DNA from: Dehalococcoidia bacterium
Lineage (GTDB): Bacteria; Chloroflexota; Dehalococcoidia; UBA2979
Assembly (NCBI GenBank): GCA_965237865.1
Contig: OZ250164.1
Coordinates: 309,217 to 373,216, forward strand
Direction: 5' to 3'
Length of the DNA: 64,000 nucleotides
Shown here: piece after piece, positions 47,843 to 57,176 of the stretch
Position numbering within the stretch: the first letter of the stretch is position 1
Layout: each line of letters begins with the position of its first letter
Program-made: the position numbers and the translations under genes
The notes under the pieces: generated by a model
What the model saw: the letters and a program-made list of their open reading frames with translations, nothing else
Told to the model about the DNA's origin: nothing
Database searches by the model: none

Positions 47843-49314
47843 TGCTGTCGGTCTTCGTGCTGCTGCCGGCCGTCGGGGCCCTGATCATCGCCACGCTGCC
47901 GCGCGCCCGCACGGGCGACGCCCGCTGGATCGCGCTGTTCTTCAGCATGATCACCTTCGTGCTCGGGATCGTGATCTTCGCCCGCCTCGACCGCGTCGCC
48001 GAGGGCTACCAACTGGTCGATCGCTTCGACTGGATCCGCGCGGGCGACACCGGGTTCGCGGTGCAGTACGTGCTCGGCGTGGACGGCCTCTCGGCGCCGC
48101 TGGTGCTGCTCACGGGGCTGCTCGGGTTGGTCTCGGTACTGGTCTCGTGGCGCATCGACAAGCGGGTGAAGGAGTACTTCGTCTGGCTGCTCATCCTGGA
48201 GACGGCGGTCGCCGGGGTCTTCCTCTCGCTCGACCTGATCCAGTTCTTCTTCTTCTGGGAACTGGAGCTGCTCCCGATGTACATGCTGATCAGCATCTGG
48301 GGCAGCGGACGGCCGCGCTACAGCGCGATGAAGTTCCTGCTGTTCACGATGGCCGGTTCCGCGCTGATGCTCGCCGGCTTCCTCGTGCTCGGCCTCCAGG
48401 CGGGGACGTTCGACATTGCGGTGCTCACCGCAGACCCGCCGACGGAGGCGCTGGTCCCGCTCAGCCTCGTGTTCTGGCTGATCATGGCCGCCTTCCTCGT
48501 CAAGCTGCCGGTCTTCCCGCTGCACAGCTGGCTGCCCGACGCGCACACCGACGCGCCGACGGCGGTCTCCGTGATGCTCGCCGGTGTGCTGCTGAAGATG
48601 GGCGGCTACGGCATTCTGCGCATCGTGCTGCCGATCCTGCCCGGCGAGGCGCAGGACTTCCGAGTCATCCTCGCGGCTATCGCAGCCATCTCCGTGATCT
48701 ACGGCGCGGTGCTGACGCTGCAGCAGCGCGATCTGAAGCGGCTCATCGCCTACTCCTCGGTCTCGCACATGGGCTACGTGCTGCTCGGCGTGTCCGCGAT
48801 GGGGGCGGCCGGCCTCTCCGGCGCGGCGCTGCAGATGTTCTCGCACGGCGTCATCACTGGCCTGCTCTTCATCGTCGTGGGCCTGATGTACGACCGCACC
48901 CACACGCGCCAGATCTCCGACCTCGGCGGGTTGCTGCACCAGATGCCGCTGCTCGGCCTCGTGGCGATCATCGCGGGCTTCGCGGCGCTCGGGCTGCCGG
49001 CCCTGAGCGGCTTCGTCGCCGAGTTCGCGGTCTTCGCCGGGACGCTGCAGGTGCACCCGGCGGCGACGATCATCTCCGCCTTCGGCGTCGTGCTCGCGGC
49101 GGGCTACATCCTCTGGGCCGTGCAGCGCGTCTTCACCGGCCCCGCCAACGAGCGCTGGTCCGGCCTCGGCGACGCGACCGAGTGGTGGGAGCTTGCGGCG
49201 ATGGCCGCGATGCTGGTCTTCGTGATCGGCGTCGGCGTCTACCCGCGGCTGCTCACCGACGTGGTTGAACTCGGCATCGAGCCGATCGCGCTGATCGTGC
49301 GGGCCGCCGCATGA
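47842..49314 (+). CDS. nuoM: NADH-quinone oxidoreductase subunit M
   Basis: 490 aa; LHSWLPDAHTDAPTAVSVMLAGVLLKMGGYG. Confidence 0.9.
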   Translation: MLSVFVLLPAVGALIIATLPRARTGDARWIALFFSMITFVLGIVIFARLDRVAEGYQLVDRFDWIRAGDTGFAVQYVLGVDGLSAPLVLLTGLLGLVSVLVSWRIDKRVKEYFVWLLILETAVAGVFLSLDLIQFFFFWELELLPMYMLISIWGSGRPRYSAMKFLLFTMAGSALMLAGFLVLGLQAGTFDIAVLTADPPTEALVPLSLVFWLIMAAFLVKLPVFPLHSWLPDAHTDAPTAVSVMLAGVLLKMGGYGILRIVLPILPGEAQDFRVILAAIAAISVIYGAVLTLQQRDLKRLIAYSSVSHMGYVLLGVSAMGAAGLSGAALQMFSHGVITGLLFIVVGLMYDRTHTRQISDLGGLLHQMPLLGLVAIIAGFAALGLPALSGFVAEFAVFAGTLQVHPAATIISAFGVVLAAGYILWAVQRVFTGPANERWSGLGDATEWWELAAMAAMLVFVIGVGVYPRLLTDVVELGIEPIALIVRAAA

Positions 49315-50786
49315 ACTGGTACGAACAGCTCCACTACATCGGCCCGGCCTTCGCGCTGCTGCTCGGCGCGGGCGTCGTGATGACGGCCGACCTGATCGCG
49401 CCGCGCCGCGCGCCTGTCCTCGCGCTCACGATCCTCGTGCTGCTCGCGGCGGGCCTCTGGGCGATTGTGCAGGCCGTCTCCGGCATCGAGGGCCCCGCGC
49501 TCTCGGGCGCGATCGTCGTCGACCGCTTCGCGCTGTTCTTCACCTTCCTGCTGATCGGCGTCTCGCTGGCCGTCGTGATCGCCACTTCCGAGGGCCTCTC
49601 GCGCGTCGAGCACCGGCCCGAATTCTTCGCGCTGCTGCTGACGGCGACCGGCGCGATGGTGCTGCTGGCGCAGTCCAACGACCTGATCGCGATCTTCGTC
49701 GCGCTCGAGACGACCTCGATCGCGCAGTTCGTGCTGGCCGGCATCGCCCGCGACGACCGCTCCTCCGAGGCGGGGATCAAGTACCTGCTGAGCGGCGCCG
49801 TCGCCGCCGCCGTGCTGCTCTACGGCTTCGCGTTCCTGTTCGGCCTCTCCGGCACGACCTCGCTCGAGGGCATCGCCGCCTTCGTCCAGACCGGGTCGGA
49901 CGGGACACAACTGGCGCTCGTGCTCGGCTTCGTGCTGGTCGTGGCGGGGCTGGGCTTCAAGATGTCGATCGCGCCCTTCCATGCGTGGGTACCGGACGTC
50001 TACGAGGGCGCCCCGACGACCGTCACCACCTTCCTTTCGGTCGCCTCGAAGGCGGCGGGCTTCGCGGTGGCGCTGCGCATCTTCTACGGCGGCCTCGGGG
50101 GCGGCGACACCTTCATCGCCGAGCACTGGGCGGCGCTGATCGCCGTGCTTGCAGCCGCCTCGATGATCTTCGGCAACGCCGCCGCGATCCTGCAGACGAA
50201 CGTGAAGCGGCTGCTCGCCTATTCCTCGATCGCGCAGGCGGGCAACATCGCGGTCGGGCTCGCCGCCGTGGCAGCCGGGAGCGTCGCCGGGCCCTCGGCG
50301 GTGCTGTTCTTCCTCGGGGCCTACGCGGCGACGAACGTGGGCGCGTTCCTCTGCGTGATCGTCGTCTCCGAGCGCATCGGCGTCGAGGATCTGAGCGGTT
50401 ACGCCGGCCTGATGAAGCGATCGCCGCTGGTGGCGGGGGTGCTGGCCTTGTGCCTGCTCTCGCTCACGGGCATCCCCCCGGCCGCGGGGTTCCTCGCGAA
50501 GCTGTATATCTTCAACAGCGCGGTCCAGTCTGGCCACGACTGGCTCGTCTGGCTGGTCGTGATCGCCGTGCTCAACTCCGCCGTCTCCGCCTTCTACTAC
50601 CTGCGCTGGGTGCGCACGATGGTGCTCGACGAGCCCGAGGACGAGGCTCCCTTCCACGCGAGCGCGCCGGTCCAGGTGCTGCTCGGCCTCGCCGCCCTCG
50701 CGGTGCTGTTCTTCGGCCTGATCCCCGGTCCGTTGCTCGGCGCCGCCCAGCGCGCTGCGGAGACGCTCGTCATCGCCGCGCCGTAG
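49311..50786 (+). CDS. nuoN: NADH-quinone oxidoreductase subunit N
   Basis: 491 aa; FHAWVPDVYEGAPTTVTTFLSVASKAAGFA. Confidence 0.9.
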   Translation: MNWYEQLHYIGPAFALLLGAGVVMTADLIAPRRAPVLALTILVLLAAGLWAIVQAVSGIEGPALSGAIVVDRFALFFTFLLIGVSLAVVIATSEGLSRVEHRPEFFALLLTATGAMVLLAQSNDLIAIFVALETTSIAQFVLAGIARDDRSSEAGIKYLLSGAVAAAVLLYGFAFLFGLSGTTSLEGIAAFVQTGSDGTQLALVLGFVLVVAGLGFKMSIAPFHAWVPDVYEGAPTTVTTFLSVASKAAGFAVALRIFYGGLGGGDTFIAEHWAALIAVLAAASMIFGNAAAILQTNVKRLLAYSSIAQAGNIAVGLAAVAAGSVAGPSAVLFFLGAYAATNVGAFLCVIVVSERIGVEDLSGYAGLMKRSPLVAGVLALCLLSLTGIPPAAGFLAKLYIFNSAVQSGHDWLVWLVVIAVLNSAVSAFYYLRWVRTMVLDEPEDEAPFHASAPVQVLLGLAALAVLFFGLIPGPLLGAAQRAAETLVIAAP

Positions 50787-50820
50787 CGCGGAGCGAGAGC
50801 GCGCCGCGCGCGGCTCTCCC
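50787..50820 (+). terminator. GC-rich hairpin immediately after nuoN stop (possible terminator, no clear U-tract)
   Basis: GAGAGCGCGCCGCGCGCGGCTCTC palindrome directly after the TAG at 50784-50786. Confidence 0.3.
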
Positions 50821-51650
50821 CACCCGCCCGCCCTCGGAGTTTCTATCTGTGGGGGCTGTGTCCCCACGCCCCCGGCGGGTTGGCAGTGCAACCGCCGCCC
50901 CGAGGCAGGCGCATGTCTGTTGTGGGGGGCGCAGCCCCCCACGCCCCCATCCCGGAGGAGCACGCGCTGCGCGCGGCTCTGGCCCACCCGCCCGCCCTCG
51001 GAGTTTCTTTCTGTGGGGGCTTCGCCCCCACGCCCCCGGCGGGTCGGCAGCGCAACTGCGGCCCCGAGGCAGGCGCATGTCTGTTGTGAGGGGCTGCGCC
51101 CCCCACGCCCCCATCCCGGAGGAGCACGCGCAGGGTGCTTCTGTTGACGCGGGGATACCCCGCAGGGCGGCTCTGGCCCACCCGCCCGCCCTCGGAGTTT
51201 CTTTCTGTGGGGGCTTTGCCCCCACGCCCCCGGCGGGTTGGCAGTGCAAGCGCGGGCCCGAGGTAGGCGCGCGTCCGCTGTGGGGGCTTTGCCCCCACGC
51301 CCCCGGCGGGTTGGCAGTGCAAGCGCGGGCCCGAGGTAGGCGCGCGTCCGCTGTGGGGGCTGCGCCCCCCGCAGGGGGCGCAGCCCTCATCCAGACAGGC
51401 GCGGCGATGTGCCCTCTGTGAAGCCGCGGCGTCCCCGCGCGCGGGCGTCGAGGGCTCAGGATGGTCCGAGGCGTCTCGGGCACGGTTCGCTCAGCCGGTA
51501 CGGGGAAGGGAACCCGCTTTGGCGCGGAGCCACGCCGCCGGCAGCTCGTGGGGGTGTGGGGGCGCAGCCCCCACATAGAGAACAATCCGGGGTGGGTGGG
51601 CGGGCCAGAGCCGCGCGCAGCGCGTGCTCCTCCGAGTCCCTCGCGGGCAA
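50808..51650. repeat. complex tandem array of G/C-rich hairpin repeats (about three ~165-195 bp super-units, including a perfect 72-bp tandem duplication, plus one inverted partial copy)
   Basis: The hairpin core CTGTGGGGGC(N3)GCCCCCAC is followed by GCCCCCGGCGGGTTGGCAGTGCAA...CCCGAGGCAGGCGC and recurs at about 50847, 51011, 51205 and 51277. Positions 51205-51276 and 51277-51348 are identical. A second unit, TGTGGGGGGCGCAGCCCCCCACGCCCCCATCCCGGAGGAGCACGCGC, occurs at about 50921 and 51085. The connector GGCTCTGGCCCACCCGCCCGCCCTCGGAGTTTCT occurs three times. A reverse-complement copy of the connector plus unit-2 piece lies at about 51590-51645. Confidence 0.8.
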
Positions 51651-51691
51651 CCGCCTTCGAGGCGCCCTCGAAACCCCCGCAGCCTGACCGG

Positions 51692-52192
51692 TCAGCCGCC
51701 GTGGTGCTGGCCGTGGCCGCCGCCGGCGGCGTGGATCTCGCTGCCCAGGACGGCCTCCTCGCGCTCACGCATCGTCACGGCGTCCTCGGCGGCGTCGTGG
51801 TCGTAGCCGAGGAGGTGGAGCAGGCCGTGCAGCACCACGTGGTGGAGCTCCAGCTCGAAGGTGAGGCCGGCGTCCTCGGCCTGGCGGCGCACGGCGGGCG
51901 CGGAGACGGCGATGTCGCCGAGGAACGGCGGAGGCTCGTCGCCGTCCTCGCGATCGTCGCGCGCCGCGGTCTCGTCCTCCTCGGCGGGGAAGGCGAGCAC
52001 GTCCGTGAAGTCCTCGATGCCGCGGTGCTCGCGGTTGAGCCGCAGCAGCAGCTCGTCGCCGGCGAAGAGCAGCGCGACGGCGGCGGCGTCCAGGCCCTCG
52101 CCGGCGAGGGCGTTCGCGATCATCACGCGTACGGGCCGCACGTCGAGGCCGCGCGCCGCGCCGTCCAGCTCGATCGAGATCTCGTAGGCCAT
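51692..52192 (-). CDS. ybeY: rRNA maturation endoribonuclease YbeY
   Basis: C-terminal 166 aa of the 1052-aa track ORF; HHVVLHGLLHLLGYDHD zinc-binding H3 motif; ATG chosen by counting back from the stop. Confidence 0.8.
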   Translation of the reverse strand: MAYEISIELDGAARGLDVRPVRVMIANALAGEGLDAAAVALLFAGDELLLRLNREHRGIEDFTDVLAFPAEEDETAARDDREDGDEPPPFLGDIAVSAPAVRRQAEDAGLTFELELHHVVLHGLLHLLGYDHDAAEDAVTMREREEAVLGSEIHAAGGGHGQHHGG

Positions 52193-52327
52193 GGATCGAG
52201 GGTACAGGGGGCCGTGGTTGCGCGCCGCGAGCGCGAGCGATGGCGGGCGGACGGCTGCCGGCGCGCCGCGCTGGTACACTGGCCGGGCGGCGACGGCCGA
52301 GTCCCCCGGTCGGCGCATGGGGTGTCG

Positions 52328-54124
52328 GTGAGCCAGGAAGTCCTCTACCGGAAGTGGCGTCCCGGCGGCTTCGCCGAGGTCGCCGGACAAGACCCGATCA
52401 CCACGACGCTGCGCAACGCGGTCGCCGCGGGTTCGCCCGCCCACGCCTACCTCTTCACCGGCCCGCGCGGCACCGGCAAAACCAGTACCGGGCGCATCCT
52501 CGCCAAGGCCGTGAACTGCGAGGCCCCCCGCGGCGGCGAGCCGGACAACGCCTGCATCTCCTGCCTCGCGTTCAACGAGGGCCGCGCGCTCGACCTGATC
52601 GAGCTCGACGCGGCCTCCAACCGCGGCATCGACGAGGTGCGCGCGCTGCGCGAGAGCGTCGGCTACGCTCCCAACGCGGGCAGCTACAAGGTCTACCTCG
52701 TGGACGAGGTCCACATGCTGACGGACGCGGCCTTCAACGCCCTGCTCAAGACGCTCGAGGAGCCGCCCGCCCACGTCATCTTCGTCCTCGCCACCACCGA
52801 GCCACACCGCATCCCGCCGACAATCAGCTCGCGCTGCCAGCGTTTCGACTTCCGGCGCGCCTCGCTGCCCGCGCTCGTCGAGCGCATCGGCGTGATCGCC
52901 GACGGCGAGGGCATCAGCGTCGCCGAGGGCGGGCCGGAGCTGATCGCGCGCCAGGCCGGCGGCTCCTTCCGCGACGCCGTGAACCTGCTCGACCAGCTGG
53001 CCGCCTACCACGGGTCCGAACTCGACCTCGAGGCGGTGCAGCGCGGCCTCGGCCTCGTCGTCGACGACCGCGCGGCGGCGCTCGCGCGCGCCGCGGTCGG
53101 CCGCGATCTGGCGACCGGCCTCTCGCTGCTGTCCTCGGTGCGCGACGACGGCATCGAGGTGCGGGCGTTCATTCGCGAGGTGGTCCAGACGCTGCGCACG
53201 CTGCTGCTGCTGCGCGCGGGCGCACGCGAGGAGATCGGGCTCTCCGACGCCCAGCTCGAGGAGCTGCGTCCGATCGCCGAGGAGACCCAGGCGGTGGAGA
53301 TCGTCGCCGCGCTGCGCGCCCTCGGCGAGATCGACTTCGCGGGCGACGCCTACGACGCGCTGCCCGCGGAGATCGCCTTCGCCTCGTTCGCCGTCGGGCT
53401 GCCGGCGGAGGCCGACGCGCTCGCGACGCCGGAGGCTGCGGCGCCTGCTCCCGCTGCACCGGCCCAACCCGCGCAGCAGCAGCCACAGGGCCGCCGTGAG
53501 GCCGCTCCGCGTCGTGAACGCGCGCAGCGCGCGCCACAGCAGCCGCCTGCGCCGCGCCCGCCGCAGCCGCGCGCCGAGCCGCCGACGGGCAGCGCAGCAG
53601 CCGCCGGCGCGCCCGCGCGTGCTGCCGCCTCGCCCGCTCGCCGCTCGCCCCCTCCGCCTGTCCTGCCCGAGGGCGAGGCCGCGTCGCCTGAGCTCGCCGC
53701 GCTGCGCGAGCGCCACGCCGAGATCCGCGACGGTGCGCGCGCCGCGCACCAGACCGCGGGCGCGCTGCTGAACTCGCGCTGCTACATCAAGAGCTTCGAG
53801 GGCGACACGGTCGAGATCGGCTTCCAATCGAAGCTGCTGGTCGAGAAGGCGCTTGGCGATCCGGCGGTGCTGGAGGCGATGAGCGCCGCCGTCGGGGGCG
53901 TCGCCGGCCGCGAGGTGAAGGTCGTGCCGGTCGTCTGGGAGGTGTTGCAGAGCGCCGCTCCGCCGCGCGCCGCTGCCCCGGCTGCGCCGCCGCCGGGTGG
54001 CGCACCACCGCCTGCCGGGCCGCCGCCTGCCGGGCCGCCGTCGGCCGCTGCGCCGCCCGCCGAACGCGGCGGCCATCTCTTCGATGAGGCGCGCAGGCTC
54101 GGCGCCGTCCCAGTCGAGGAGTAG
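52328..54124 (+). CDS. dnaX: DNA polymerase III subunits gamma/tau
   Basis: (M)SQEVLYRKWRPGGFAEVAGQDPITTTLRNAV...LFTGPRGTGKTSTGRILAKAVNCE...CISC...VYLVDEVHMLT; Pro/Ala-rich tau linker and C-terminal domain. GTG start aligns with the canonical MSYQALYRKYRP N-terminus. No obvious A-rich slippery site seen. Confidence 0.85.
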   Translation: MSQEVLYRKWRPGGFAEVAGQDPITTTLRNAVAAGSPAHAYLFTGPRGTGKTSTGRILAKAVNCEAPRGGEPDNACISCLAFNEGRALDLIELDAASNRGIDEVRALRESVGYAPNAGSYKVYLVDEVHMLTDAAFNALLKTLEEPPAHVIFVLATTEPHRIPPTISSRCQRFDFRRASLPALVERIGVIADGEGISVAEGGPELIARQAGGSFRDAVNLLDQLAAYHGSELDLEAVQRGLGLVVDDRAAALARAAVGRDLATGLSLLSSVRDDGIEVRAFIREVVQTLRTLLLLRAGAREEIGLSDAQLEELRPIAEETQAVEIVAALRALGEIDFAGDAYDALPAEIAFASFAVGLPAEADALATPEAAAPAPAAPAQPAQQQPQGRREAAPRRERAQRAPQQPPAPRPPQPRAEPPTGSAAAAGAPARAAASPARRSPPPPVLPEGEAASPELAALRERHAEIRDGARAAHQTAGALLNSRCYIKSFEGDTVEIGFQSKLLVEKALGDPAVLEAMSAAVGGVAGREVKVVPVVWEVLQSAAPPRAAAPAAPPPGGAPPPAGPPPAGPPSAAAPPAERGGHLFDEARRLGAVPVEE

Positions 54125-54193
54125 CGGCTGCGTGCGGCTCCTCCCCCGACACACAGCGCGCACGACGGCGCAGCCCTTCCCGGAGCGGCGATC

Positions 54194-54868
54194 GTGACGC
54201 TGCGGCAAGGCGGCTCCGGCTCCTCGATCTCGCGTCTCGTCGAGGCGTTCCGGCGGCTGCCGGGCGTGGGGCCGAAGTCCGCGCAGCGCCTCGCCTACCA
54301 CGTGCTGCGCTCGCCCGCGGGCGAGGCGCGCGATCTCGCCGAGGCGCTGATCGAGGTGAAGGAGCGCACCGTCTTCTGCTCGCGCTGCCAGCAGATCAGC
54401 GACGGCGATCCCTGCCCGATCTGCCTCGACGGGCAGCGCGACCGCAGCGTGATCTGCGTGGTCGAGGAGCCGCTGGACCTCGTCGCGATCGAGCGCACGC
54501 AGGGCTTCCACGGGCTCTACCACGTGCTCCACGGCGTGATCTCGCCTGCCGACGGCGTCGGCCCCGAGGACCTGCGGATTCGCGAACTGCTGAGGCGCCT
54601 CGACGGCGTCGGAGGCGCCGAGCCGTCCGACGGCGAGGAGGGCGAGGAATCCGCGGCGTCCGACGCCGTGCCCGTCTCCGAGGTGATCGTCGCGACGAAC
54701 CCCAACCTCGAGGGCGAGGCGACCGCGATGTACCTCGCGAGGCTGATCGAGCCGCTGGGGGTGCAGGTCACGCGCCTCGCGCGCGGGCTCCCGGCGGGCG
54801 CTGACCTCGAGTATGCGGACAACGTCACGCTCGAGCGCGCCCTTACCCACCGCCAGCGCGTCGAGTAG
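54194..54868 (+). CDS. recR: recombination protein RecR
   Basis: ISRLVEAFRRLPGVGPKSAQRLAYHVL (HhH), the C4 zinc finger CSRCQQISDGDPCPIC, and a Toprim domain (ICVVEEPLDLVAIERT). Confidence 0.85.
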   Translation: MTLRQGGSGSSISRLVEAFRRLPGVGPKSAQRLAYHVLRSPAGEARDLAEALIEVKERTVFCSRCQQISDGDPCPICLDGQRDRSVICVVEEPLDLVAIERTQGFHGLYHVLHGVISPADGVGPEDLRIRELLRRLDGVGGAEPSDGEEGEESAASDAVPVSEVIVATNPNLEGEATAMYLARLIEPLGVQVTRLARGLPAGADLEYADNVTLERALTHRQRVE

Positions 54869-54870
54869 CC

Positions 54871-55734
54871 ATGCCCGCGCGTGCGCCCCGCGTCACCCGC
54901 AGCGAGGTGGTGGTGATCCGCCACCGGCGCTTCGGCGACAGCGACCGCATCGTCACGCTGCTCACCCCCGCGCGCGGGAAGCTGGACGCGATCGCCAAGG
55001 GCGCGCTGCGCCCGCGCAGCAGGCTTGCCGGGCACCTCGAGCCGCTGACCCACGCCGAGGTGCTGCTCGCCCACGGCCGCAACCTCGACATCATCACGCA
55101 GGCGCAGACGATCGAGGGCTTCGCCGCGATCCGCGACGACCTCGATCGGCTCAGCCTCGCGCTCTACCTGCTGGAACTGGCCGACCGCTTCACGGTCGAG
55201 CACGCGGAGGCCGACGGCGTCTACCGTCTGCTGCTGGTCGCGCTGTTGCGCCTCGCGCGCGGCGACGGCGAGCAGATCGTCGTGAGGTCGTTCGAGCTGG
55301 GGCTGCTCGATGCGACGGGCTTCCGGCCGGAGTGGCGTGACTGCGCCGCCTGCGGGGAGCCGGTCTCGCCGGACGCGCTGGCGTGGTCGCCGCTGGCGGG
55401 AGGCGTGCTCTGCACGGCGTGCCGGGCGGCGCATCCGGAGGCGGGGCCGATCGACGTGTCGGTGCTGAAGGTGCTGCGCTTCATCCAGCAGGAGCCGTAC
55501 GAGGAGGCCGCGCGGGTGCGCCTGAGCCCCGATCTCGCCTCCGGCCTGGAGTGGGTGATGCACGAGCTGATGCGCGCAATGGCGGAGCGCGATCTGGGCA
55601 GCGCGCGCTTCCTCTCCGAGGTGCGCCGGACGCCTCGGGCGGCCGGCGGCGGCGAGGCGCCCGAGGCCCCGGCGGCGGCGGCATCCCTCAGGGAGGCGCA
55701 CGCGTATACTGAGCCGGACAGCCTGGACGACTGA
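54871..55734 (+). CDS. recO: DNA repair protein RecO
   Basis: 287 aa; N-terminal OB-fold region and the zinc-binding CAACGEPV...CTAC motif. Confidence 0.8.
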   Translation: MPARAPRVTRSEVVVIRHRRFGDSDRIVTLLTPARGKLDAIAKGALRPRSRLAGHLEPLTHAEVLLAHGRNLDIITQAQTIEGFAAIRDDLDRLSLALYLLELADRFTVEHAEADGVYRLLLVALLRLARGDGEQIVVRSFELGLLDATGFRPEWRDCAACGEPVSPDALAWSPLAGGVLCTACRAAHPEAGPIDVSVLKVLRFIQQEPYEEAARVRLSPDLASGLEWVMHELMRAMAERDLGSARFLSEVRRTPRAAGGGEAPEAPAAAASLREAHAYTEPDSLDD

Positions 55735-55757
55735 CTGACGGATCGAGGAGACGCGGC

Positions 55758-56168
55758 ATGCCGCTCTACGAGTACTACTGCGAAGGTTGCGACGGCATCT
55801 TCGAACTGATTCGCCCGGTGCGCGAGTCCTCGGACTCGCAGCCGTGCGTCGTCTGCGACGGCGACGGGCGGCGCCTGATGCCAACCGAGGTGCACGCCTT
55901 CACCATGCGCGGCGGCATGCCGCGGCGCATCCCGGACCAGAACCTCTACTGGACCCCCAAGGGCCAGTCCACGAAGCCGATGCAGACCAACGACGTGCGC
56001 AAGATGGAGCCCTTCCTGGTGAAGGACCCGCGCATCGTCTCGGCATCGACGAAGCTCACGCCCGAGGAGGTGGCCGCCGGCAAGGCCACGGTGGAGGTCC
56101 GGGAGCGCGCCAGGGGCAGCGGCTCGCGCGGCCGCCGCCGCGCTCGCGGCGAGGGCAAGGGCGCGTAG
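55758..56168 (+). CDS. FmdB-family zinc-ribbon protein with long Arg/Gly-rich tail
   Basis: MPLYEYYCEGCDGIFELIRPV...CVVCDG (CxxC...CxxC at the N-terminus, FmdB-like), then a ~90-aa extension ending RARGSGSRGRRRARGEGKGA. Confidence 0.6.
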   Translation: MPLYEYYCEGCDGIFELIRPVRESSDSQPCVVCDGDGRRLMPTEVHAFTMRGGMPRRIPDQNLYWTPKGQSTKPMQTNDVRKMEPFLVKDPRIVSASTKLTPEEVAAGKATVEVRERARGSGSRGRRRARGEGKGA

Positions 56169-56198
56169 CTCCTCGATCTCCGGGTTGCCGCAAGCCGC

Positions 56199-57176
56199 TC
56201 AACTGCGGCGCGTCAGCACGTACTCCGTCAGCGACTCGAACGTCTCGCGAGGCTCGCCGCCGGGCAGCGCCTCAAGCGCCTCCGCGGCCTGCTCGGCGAA
56301 ACGCTGCGCCGTCTCCAATGACTCGTCGAGGAGGCCCGACTCGCGGATCTCGCTGATCGCGCGCTGCAGATTGGCGCGGCTGCGCACGCCGCTGAAGGCG
56401 CGCCGGATCGGGTTGTCGTCCGGGTAGCGGTCCAGGTAGAGGAGCGCGGGCAGCGTCAGCGTTCCGGCGAGCAGGTCGGAGCCGACGGGCTTGCCGAGCT
56501 CCTCGGCCGTTGCGCTGAAGTCCAGCACGTCGTCGACCACCTGGAAGGCCATGCCGAGCTGCTCGCCGAAGCGGCGGGCCGGCTCGACGAGCGGCTCGGG
56601 CGCGCCGCAGACGATCGCCCCGCCCTCTGCAGCGGTGGCGAAGAGCGAGGCGGTCTTGCCGTGGATGCGGTCGAGGTAGCGGCGCACGTCGGGCGAGTAC
56701 TCGTAGGCCGCGAGGTCCTGGCTGATCTCGCCGCGCGCCATCACGCGCAGTGTCTCGGCGAAGTTGCGCACCACGCGCAGGTTGCCCGTCTGCGCCACGA
56801 AGTGGGCGGCGTGGGCGAACATGTAGTCGCCGAGCATCACGCTCGGTCCGTTGCTGAACTGCGCCGCCGCCGTCGGCCGCCCTCGCCGCTCCCTCGCCTC
56901 ATCGATTACGTCGTCGTGGACGAGCGTCGCCGTGTGCAGCAACTCGACGCTCGCCGCCATCGGCACGAGCAGATCGAGGTCGTAGCGTCCGAGGCGTCCC
57001 GCGAGCAGCGTCAGCGCCGGCCGCAGCCGCTTGCCGCCGCCGCCGAGCACCGCTTCGAGCATCTCGCGCAGCCACGGGAACTCGACATCGCACAGCGAGT
57101 CGAGCAGCTCGTCGACGCGCGGGAGATCGTCCGCGACGGGGCCGTAGACCTCGAACTGGCTGGCTGGCGCGGTCAT
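56199..57176 (-). CDS. polyprenyl diphosphate synthase (trans-isoprenyl diphosphate synthase family)
   Basis: LVHDDVIDEARERRGRPT (first DDxxD) and VVDDVLDF (second DDxxD). Confidence 0.8.
   Translation of the reverse strand: MTAPASQFEVYGPVADDLPRVDELLDSLCDVEFPWLREMLEAVLGGGGKRLRPALTLLAGRLGRYDLDLLVPMAASVELLHTATLVHDDVIDEARERRGRPTAAAQFSNGPSVMLGDYMFAHAAHFVAQTGNLRVVRNFAETLRVMARGEISQDLAAYEYSPDVRRYLDRIHGKTASLFATAAEGGAIVCGAPEPLVEPARRFGEQLGMAFQVVDDVLDFSATAEELGKPVGSDLLAGTLTLPALLYLDRYPDDNPIRRAFSGVRSRANLQRAISEIRESGLLDESLETAQRFAEQAAEALEALPGGEPRETFESLTEYVLTRRS

Noticed and set aside
50843-51420. Possible CRISPR array (regularly spaced ~40-bp hairpin repeats)
   Set aside because: The sequences between the hairpin repeats are themselves repeated and near-identical. 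A CRISPR array would have unique spacers. There are no cas genes nearby and the repeats differ from one another. It is better described as a REP/MITE-like tandem hairpin array.
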